This document shows positions 57,218-64,000 of a stretch of DNA of 64,000 nt, in pieces. The notes beneath the pieces were generated by a model. The model was not told where the DNA came from, did no database searches, and was given only the letters and a program-made list of their open reading frames with translations. The stretch is from the IMG/VR virus record IMGVR_UViG_3300016472_000923. One strand, 5' to 3'. The translations under genes and the position numbers were made by a program. The stretch comes from a virus. Position 1 is the first letter of the stretch. Each line of letters starts with the position of its first letter.

Positions 57218-59728
57218 ATGCCCGAGAATATAAACCGAACCAAAGGCCGCTCGGCCGGATACAAGTTTGATCGAGGCGGAACACCCACAGAGTCAGGTCC
57301 AGTCATTGGCATCGTGAAAAACAATGTAGATCCCACACGAGCCGGAAGATTGCAAGTCTATGTAGAGCAATTTGGTGGCGAGGACGAGTCAGATGAAAGC
57401 CTGTGGCGAACGGTCAACTACATCCCGCCTTTTTATGGTGTTACCGCCGGAGGTGGTGCCAACGGAGAGACGCCCGGCACATTTACAGGCAATCAGCAAA
57501 GCTATGGCATGTGGTTCACTCCTCCCGATCTAGGCACCCAGGTCATATGTTTCTTCGTGGCCGGCGATCCTAACCAAGGATACTACATTGGGTGTGTACC
57601 AGATCAAGGCATCAATCATATGTTGCCTGCCATTGGTGCCAGCCGGCGTTTCCAGCTGCAAAACGGCCCTCAGGACAGTTATTTCGCAGGCGCCAGCCAA
57701 CTTCCCGTCACAGAGATCAATGTCGATAACGAAGAGATTTCCGAAGATCCTAGATTTTTTGACAAAGTCAAACCTGTGCATAGCTATCTTGCCGGCATAA
57801 TGATGCAGCAAGGACTGATAAGAGATACAGTGCGCGGCCCTATCACATCAAATGCCCAGCGTGAGTCGCCATCTTCGGTATTTGGTATCTCCACACCTGG
57901 CCAGGCCATATATCAAGGTGGCCTCAATGAACGAGACATCAAAGGGCAATTGGAACGCGGGCTGCTCAAACCACAGGACGTGCAGGTCATAGCGCGGCGT
58001 GGCGGACATACTTTGGTCATGGACGATGGAGATCTAGAAGGTCGTGATAACCTGGTCCGCATCCGTACCAGCAAAGGCCATCAGATCACCATGAGCGATG
58101 ATGGTGACTGTTTCTACATCATACATGCCAATGGTCAGACTTGGCTGGAATTTGGCAAACAAGGTACCGTGGATGTGTTCAGCACCAACTCTGTGAACAT
58201 ACGCACACAGGGTACTATCAACCTTCATGCTGACAAAGACATCAACATGTATGCTGGCGGCAGTTTCAATGTGAAAACTCCAGTGATGAAATTAGAAGCT
58301 GAGGCCAGCCTAGATATAATTGGCACAGGTAAGATGACACTTTACAGCAAGAACCTCATCGGCATCAAGAGTGATGGCAGCCTGAATCTCAAAAATTCGT
58401 CTGCAGGATCTTGGGACGGTGGCAGCTCACTCAACCTCAAAGCAGGCTGTATCAATCTTAACAGTGGTGGCGGAGCTCCAGTAGACACTCCTACCAATCT
58501 TAAAGATCTCAATCTTGTGGATACCAAATTCGTGCAAGGTACCGGTTGGACAGCACAACCCGGAACGCTGAAAACAATAGTGACTCGGGCTCCTACTCAC
58601 GAGCCCTATCCTTATCATAACCAAGGTGTCAATGCGACCACTACCTTAGGTACCACACCTGCACAGGATCTCACAGACAAGACAGCCAATGCTCTGGCCA
58701 GCACCGCTGCTGTTCCTGTGACCAATGGCATCGACACTGCTGCCTATCTTGAACAGCCGCCGGCTGAAATATCAGTGGGATCACTGGACACCAATCAGGT
58801 TACAGGACTCATGGCCCAGACAGCAGCCGATGTGGGCCAAGCCGCGGATGTGGTCAGCTTGGATAAAGGCATAGGCAAATACGGACTGACACCAACTCAA
58901 CTGGAATCATCGGGATTTTTGAAACCCGGTACAGTGCAGACCTATCTCCAAGACCCGGCACAGTTGGAATCAGTGCTGAGTTCACCGTCGGTATGGACTG
59001 GCAAAGGCGATGTAGTTGGTCTGAATAATCTGCTGGGCGATGTCAATCTCCAGAGCCTTACACAGAACGAGATACTGAGCAGCAGCCTCCAAGGTCTGCA
59101 GGCAGCAGGCATCGTCACTGGACAGGAAGCACCACAGCAGTTGGCCGCTTTTGTACAAAGCGCCAGCCGGTTTGGTGTCGACAATGCTGTGGCTTGGGTA
59201 CAAGGAGTAGCACCACCCGATGTGGCAGCCAGCATAGGTTCGGTGGCGAAAAATGCCCAGTACGCAGTGAATTTCGTTGACGATAAAGCCAGTTCAGTGG
59301 TCACCGGACTGAATCTAGGTGGCTTTTCTAGCACAGTTGAGCGTGGCGAAGTGGATCAAGCCCTGGCTGAAGTCATCGGTGATGACAAGATACCCACACC
59401 CAACTATGACACTGGTCTATATACATCTACGCCCACTTCAGATCTTACCTATGATGAAACTGAAGACGAGCAAGTGCAGGAAGAGATAGATGCCGAGCGA
59501 GAAGCACGCGGACTAGCGCCATTGACCGATCCAGCCACGGGCACTGTGACTACCCGTGTGAGCGAAGTGGCAGATCCCCGTAGCCAGACCATAATACGAC
59601 TGCGCAACGAAATATCAGATCTTGAACAGATCATAGCCGGGCGCACTCGCCGTGGTCAGGACACCACTGTACAATATGTTGAACTGGCCCGACTGCAAGC
59701 ACAGTTGAACACCTTGCAAAACGGGTAA
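57218..59728 (+). CDS. Baseplate central spike, gp5/VgrG-like
   Basis: OB-fold DPTRAGRLQV...PPDLGTQV; RTSKGHQITMSD; beta-helix; APTHEP. Confidence 0.8.
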   Translation: MPENINRTKGRSAGYKFDRGGTPTESGPVIGIVKNNVDPTRAGRLQVYVEQFGGEDESDESLWRTVNYIPPFYGVTAGGGANGETPGTFTGNQQSYGMWFTPPDLGTQVICFFVAGDPNQGYYIGCVPDQGINHMLPAIGASRRFQLQNGPQDSYFAGASQLPVTEINVDNEEISEDPRFFDKVKPVHSYLAGIMMQQGLIRDTVRGPITSNAQRESPSSVFGISTPGQAIYQGGLNERDIKGQLERGLLKPQDVQVIARRGGHTLVMDDGDLEGRDNLVRIRTSKGHQITMSDDGDCFYIIHANGQTWLEFGKQGTVDVFSTNSVNIRTQGTINLHADKDINMYAGGSFNVKTPVMKLEAEASLDIIGTGKMTLYSKNLIGIKSDGSLNLKNSSAGSWDGGSSLNLKAGCINLNSGGGAPVDTPTNLKDLNLVDTKFVQGTGWTAQPGTLKTIVTRAPTHEPYPYHNQGVNATTTLGTTPAQDLTDKTANALASTAAVPVTNGIDTAAYLEQPPAEISVGSLDTNQVTGLMAQTAADVGQAADVVSLDKGIGKYGLTPTQLESSGFLKPGTVQTYLQDPAQLESVLSSPSVWTGKGDVVGLNNLLGDVNLQSLTQNEILSSSLQGLQAAGIVTGQEAPQQLAAFVQSASRFGVDNAVAWVQGVAPPDVAASIGSVAKNAQYAVNFVDDKASSVVTGLNLGGFSSTVERGEVDQALAEVIGDDKIPTPNYDTGLYTSTPTSDLTYDETEDEQVQEEIDAEREARGLAPLTDPATGTVTTRVSEVADPRSQTIIRLRNEISDLEQIIAGRTRRGQDTTVQYVELARLQAQLNTLQNG

Positions 59729-59736
59729 ATACCTAC

Positions 59737-60111
59737 ATGCCCACATTTATTGGATTCAATACCATCAACCAATATAAAAAATTCACTCTCGTGGATTTTG
59801 AATTGATCAAACGCGATTTGGCCAATGCATTTAACATACAGCAGGGCACCTTGCCTGGTCGTCCGGGTTACGGTACTATCATGTGGAGTTATGTATTTGA
59901 AAATCAAACTCCCGAAACCGAGCGTGCTATCTTGGCCGAATGCCAGAGAGTGGCCGGCGGAGATCCCAGGATATACCTAGTCAGCGCCAACAGTTATCCC
60001 CAAGACAACGGCATATTGATAGAACTAGAAATACAAGTGGTAGCCACTACCACGGCCGAGCGCTTGGCGATATTCTTTGACCAAGAAACACGCCGCGCCA
60101 GCTTCGTGTAA
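59737..60111 (+). CDS. gp25: Baseplate wedge subunit, gp25-like
   Basis: LIKRDL.N.F, G...GRP.YG..MW.YVFE, DPRI. Confidence 0.82.
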   Translation: MPTFIGFNTINQYKKFTLVDFELIKRDLANAFNIQQGTLPGRPGYGTIMWSYVFENQTPETERAILAECQRVAGGDPRIYLVSANSYPQDNGILIELEIQVVATTTAERLAIFFDQETRRASFV

Positions 60112-60159
60112 AACTACCCAGTTTTTGTCAGCCATAAATACAAGACTTAGTGAGTGACC

Positions 60160-63100
60160 ATGGCCAAGACTGCACGACAAACCGCGATATTTGGAGTAGA
60201 AGACTGGAAGAGACTGTATCAGACCTTCCGTGAAGCTGACTTCCAAAGCTACGACTTTGAAACACTTCGCAAAAGTTTCGTTGATTATCTCCGTGTGTAC
60301 TACCCAGAGACATTCAATGATTACATAGAAAGTTCGGAATTTATCGCGCTGTTGGACGTCATGGCCTTCATGGGACAGGCCCTGGCCTTCCGCAACGACC
60401 TCAATGCCCGTGAAAATTTTCTAGACACTGCTGAACGACGCGATTCAGTGGTTCGTCTGGCCAACTTGGTCAGCTACACTCCCAAGCGTAACGAAGCTGC
60501 CCAGGGTTTCCTAAAAGTTTTTTCCGTGTCGACCACAGAGAATGTCATCGACTACAACGGCATCAATCTAGCCAATATCACCGTGGATTGGAACGACCCT
60601 ACCAACCCAGACTGGCTGGAACAGTTCACGCAGATCATCAATGCTGCTCTGGTAGACAGCCAAAAGTTTGGTCGTCCGGGCAATGAACAAAATATCCTGG
60701 GTGTGCGTACTTCTGAATATGCCATCAACTTGGTGCCAGGTTTCCTACCTGTGCTGCCCTACACATCCACAGTAGACGGCATCAACATGCCGTTTGAAGC
60801 CGTGAGTTCGACCTCCGAGGGGCGTGACTACATCTACGAACCTGCTCCTAGGCCTTCTGGCGTGTTTAATATCCTCTATCGCAATGATCAACTGGGATTT
60901 GGATCCGACAACACCGGATTCTTTTTCCTATTCAAGCAAGGTGTGCTACAGAATCAAGATTTCAACTTGGCCGAAGCACTGACCAATCGCACGGTCAATA
61001 TCAACATCGAAGGATGTAACGATCAGGACCATTGGTTGTACAAACTGGATGATCTTGGCAGCATCGCCGATGAGTGGGATTATGTGGAAAGCATCTATGC
61101 TGGTGCAGTGGAACAACTACCCCCGGATCAACGCCAGCTCTACAGCATCACCAGCAGGGCCAATGATCAGATCACCTTGACCTTTGGTGATGGCGTGTTC
61201 GCAGAGATACCCGTGGGCACATTCCGCGCTTATGTGCGGGCAAGCAACGGACTGGAATACATCATCAATCCCGAAGAGATGCAGGCTGTAAATCTGCAGA
61301 TCAGTTATGTCAGTCGCTTTGGCCGCTTGGAGACCTTGACCTTGGTTTGCGGTATCACTGAACCTGTGAGCAATGCGCAAGCTCGCGAAACCATCGAAGA
61401 GATCAAACAGCGTGCTCCGGCTCGCTACTACACACAGAATCGCATGGTCAACGGCGAAGATTACAACAACTTCCCGTTTACCAAATACAACAGCATCATC
61501 AAATCCAAAGCCGTGGCTAGGTCTGCAGTGGGCACCAGCAGATATATCGATCTCACTGATGTTACAGGAAAGTATTCTTCAACCAATATCTTCGCATCAG
61601 ATGGACTGATCTACAGAGAAAACCAACTGCCAACTTTTGACTTTGATTGGGTAAACCGCAATGAGATCGTGGATGTGATCAACAACAGTGTCGAACCATT
61701 GTTGCCCAGCCGTGGGTTCATACAGTTCTACTATGATCCCACAAACTTTCCCCGGGTGAGCTTTACGGTATTTCAACAAGCATGGTTCCAAAGCACACGC
61801 CTGGTCAATGAAACCACGGGCTATTTTTACATCAACACTCCAGCACAACCTCAGCCCATCGGCAGCTACACATCAGGTGCCAACAAATATATCACACAGG
61901 CCGCCTTGATACAGTTCGTTCCGCCCACTGGGTATTACTTTGATGCCAATAATAGACTGGTAGCTGGGGTACCTACGCGGGCCGATGAGAAGCTGTCAAT
62001 CTGGGCCACTGTCACAGCCGTAGTCCTGGATGGAACCAACAACGGATTGGGTAATTTCACGGATGGAACAGGTCCGGTGACCATAAACAATTTTGTTCCC
62101 ACAGGAGCTTTGGTCAACCAGGTCATACCCAAATTCGTCACGGATCTTCCATCGGCCTTGGAACAAAGCATGATACAGCAGATTGAACTGTACAGAGATT
62201 TTGGACTGGGCTATGATTATCTTGGCACAGTCACCGGCACGGCCGGCACATGGTATCTCATAACCAGCACCAACTTGGCCAAAGATGCTGCATTCAGCCT
62301 GACCAATGCAGGCAACACCACAGGTGCAGGACTAGATGCATCCTGGTTGATCCAGTTCGTCACAGACGGCGTGAGCTACACTGTGACCAACCGGCAACTG
62401 GATTATCTTTGGGCATCGGTGATACAAACTAGATTCTTCTATGATGGCAGCCAGGAAGTCTATGACAGCCGTACTGGATTGACCATCACGGATTATATCC
62501 GGGCGTTGAAAACCAATAGTCGTCCTGACAGCAATGAGCCTTTGGCTGGCGATGTGCTCATGGACATCATAGCTCAACCAGTGGAAAGTGATGGATATGT
62601 CAATGATTACCAGGTAGTGGTCAGTTACAGCGACAGCGATGGTGACGGAGTAGCCGACGATCCTGATTTCTTTGATACCTTGGTCGCGCCCACTGTCAAT
62701 GCCTCGCAGAAAAAAGTATTCTTAGAACTGCTTACTGATACAGATGGACTGGAGAGATATCTTCCAGTTGAAGAGGGCCGCATCAATACCAGTTATGCTA
62801 CCCTTGATGAAGTCGAGCTGGTCAAAGCACAGTTTGTCAATGGTCAACTGTTTTACACCACCACCAGTGGAAATTTCTATGAACTGGTAGTGGGCACGGT
62901 AAATGGAACCATACAGCGTACCTTGGTTGAACAAACAGACTTTATCAGCCGCACTGGTCGCCAGGGGCTTTATTTCCAATATCGCCACAATAGTCCATTG
63001 ACCAATGTGATAGATCCGGGTGCAACCAACATCATTGACCTTTATATCGTCACGCAAGAATATTATACTCAGTACCAAAATTACATCAAAGATACAACTG

Positions 63101-63639
63101 GTACAGTGCCAGAACCGGCCATCCCCACCATAGCACAATTGACCACGGCCTACAGCGGACTCAATGATTATAAGATGATATCTGACAACGTGGTCTTGAA
63201 TTCTGTGTTGTTCAAGCCCTTGTTTGGTGCCAAGGCCGCGCCTGAATTGCGTGGCGTGATCAAGGTAGTTCGGGCTCCCAACACCACTGCTTCTGTGAGC
63301 GAAATCAAGAGCCAGGTAGTGGCCAACATGAATGATTATTTCAGCATTGACAAATGGGACTTTGGTGACACATTCTTCATGAGCGAATTGTCTGCTTTCT
63401 TACATGAGCGTATTGGATCAATCATTTCTTCAGTGGTGTTAGTGCCACTCAACCCTCTCAAGACATTTGGTGATCTTTATGAAATCCGTTCAGCCCCAAA
63501 TGAAATTTTCGTCAACGCAGTCACAGTGGCCGATGTTGAAGTCATCGATGCACTGACACAGAGTGAATTGCGCACAACTACACCAGTGTCGGGTCTCTAC
63601 CCAACTGAAAATTCTCTCAGCCAGACAGGTGAATACTGA
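60160..63639 (+). CDS. gp6: Baseplate wedge subunit, gp6-like
   Basis: YDFETLR, RENFLDTAERRDSV.RLA..SY.PKR, FGDG, QNRMVNGEDY. Confidence 0.85.
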   Translation: MAKTARQTAIFGVEDWKRLYQTFREADFQSYDFETLRKSFVDYLRVYYPETFNDYIESSEFIALLDVMAFMGQALAFRNDLNARENFLDTAERRDSVVRLANLVSYTPKRNEAAQGFLKVFSVSTTENVIDYNGINLANITVDWNDPTNPDWLEQFTQIINAALVDSQKFGRPGNEQNILGVRTSEYAINLVPGFLPVLPYTSTVDGINMPFEAVSSTSEGRDYIYEPAPRPSGVFNILYRNDQLGFGSDNTGFFFLFKQGVLQNQDFNLAEALTNRTVNINIEGCNDQDHWLYKLDDLGSIADEWDYVESIYAGAVEQLPPDQRQLYSITSRANDQITLTFGDGVFAEIPVGTFRAYVRASNGLEYIINPEEMQAVNLQISYVSRFGRLETLTLVCGITEPVSNAQARETIEEIKQRAPARYYTQNRMVNGEDYNNFPFTKYNSIIKSKAVARSAVGTSRYIDLTDVTGKYSSTNIFASDGLIYRENQLPTFDFDWVNRNEIVDVINNSVEPLLPSRGFIQFYYDPTNFPRVSFTVFQQAWFQSTRLVNETTGYFYINTPAQPQPIGSYTSGANKYITQAALIQFVPPTGYYFDANNRLVAGVPTRADEKLSIWATVTAVVLDGTNNGLGNFTDGTGPVTINNFVPTGALVNQVIPKFVTDLPSALEQSMIQQIELYRDFGLGYDYLGTVTGTAGTWYLITSTNLAKDAAFSLTNAGNTTGAGLDASWLIQFVTDGVSYTVTNRQLDYLWASVIQTRFFYDGSQEVYDSRTGLTITDYIRALKTNSRPDSNEPLAGDVLMDIIAQPVESDGYVNDYQVVVSYSDSDGDGVADDPDFFDTLVAPTVNASQKKVFLELLTDTDGLERYLPVEEGRINTSYATLDEVELVKAQFVNGQLFYTTTSGNFYELVVGTVNGTIQRTLVEQTDFISRTGRQGLYFQYRHNSPLTNVIDPGATNIIDLYIVTQEYYTQYQNYIKDTTGTVPEPAIPTIAQLTTAYSGLNDYKMISDNVVLNSVLFKPLFGAKAAPELRGVIKVVRAPNTTASVSEIKSQVVANMNDYFSIDKWDFGDTFFMSELSAFLHERIGSIISSVVLVPLNPLKTFGDLYEIRSAPNEIFVNAVTVADVEVIDALTQSELRTTTPVSGLYPTENSLSQTGEY

Positions 63640-64000
63640 TGGTACAACGCCGCACAGTTGATCTACTTCCGGAAATATTTCGCACCGAAACCAATCGCCA
63701 GTTCCTAGCCGCAACACTAGATCAACTGACCGCAGAACCAAATCTCAAACGAACCCAAGGTTATGTGGGACGCCGGGTCGGCCCGGGTGTGAACCCTGCA
63801 GACAATTATGTCACAGAACCCACGGCCACACGCCAGGATTACCAGCTTGAACCGGCTGTGACTTTCTTTGAGCCCGAAACCAACCGAGCAGTGGATGCCA
63901 TCACTTATCCGGGCATGATTGATGCGTTGAATTTGCTGGGCGCTGATACCCAACGGCAAGATCGCTTGTGGCAGAGCCAGTACTATACCTGGGACCCATT
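63639..64000 (+). CDS. Large baseplate protein, 5' part (truncated by the window edge)
   Basis: ATG overlaps the gp6 stop; MVQRRTVDLLPEIFRTETNRQFL stays open to the end of the window. Confidence 0.65.
   Translation, partial: MVQRRTVDLLPEIFRTETNRQFLAATLDQLTAEPNLKRTQGYVGRRVGPGVNPADNYVTEPTATRQDYQLEPAVTFFEPETNRAVDAITYPGMIDALNLLGADTQRQDRLWQSQYYTWDP

Larger units (their letters stand above)
7897..60140. promoter_or_regulatory. Dispersed gp55-type late promoters (TAAATA), about 20 copies
   Basis: Minus strand: 7897, 8433, 11066, 14553, 17425, 23288, 25718, 29523, 33593, 34211, 38433, 38739, 40587, 42831, 50141. Plus strand: 14613, 18641, 50212, 59726, 60135. Each is just upstream of, and co-oriented with, a gene. 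Confidence 0.8.

Noticed and set aside
1-64000. Stop-codon reassignment and tRNA genes
   Set aside because: Core genes are full length in the standard code with all three stops used, and no cloverleaf was seen in the intergenic gaps

Overview
This 64 kb window is part of a large T4-like (myovirus) dsDNA phage genome read in the standard genetic code. It covers most of the virion morphogenesis region: head (portal gp20, protease gp21, scaffold gp22, capsid gp23), neck and tail (gp13/14/15, gp4, sheath gp18, tube gp19), baseplate (gp25/26/51/53/5/6-like), a tape-measure-like protein and a repeat-rich fibre cluster. Also present are the late sigma factor gp55, gp47/gp46 with a radical SAM gene between them, and a small nucleotide-metabolism cluster. 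About 20 TAAATA late promoters and a few sigma70 promoters are visible, several implying leaderless mRNAs. No tRNA, CRISPR array or reverse transcriptase was seen. The strongest leads are three. (1) A ~440-nt highly structured, pseudoknotted minus-strand non-coding region directly downstream of a small basic GIY-YIG-like nuclease gene, a candidate nuclease-plus-RNA system. (2) Three paralogous MRAxEF..E / ..GYPR proteins interleaved with an Ntn-hydrolase and a class I glutamine amidotransferase, inside a putative capsid-packaged protein cluster. (3) A T-TTT-TTC -1 frameshift site that would fuse the gp26-like and gp51-like ORFs. All functional calls come from recognising motifs by eye; no searches were run.
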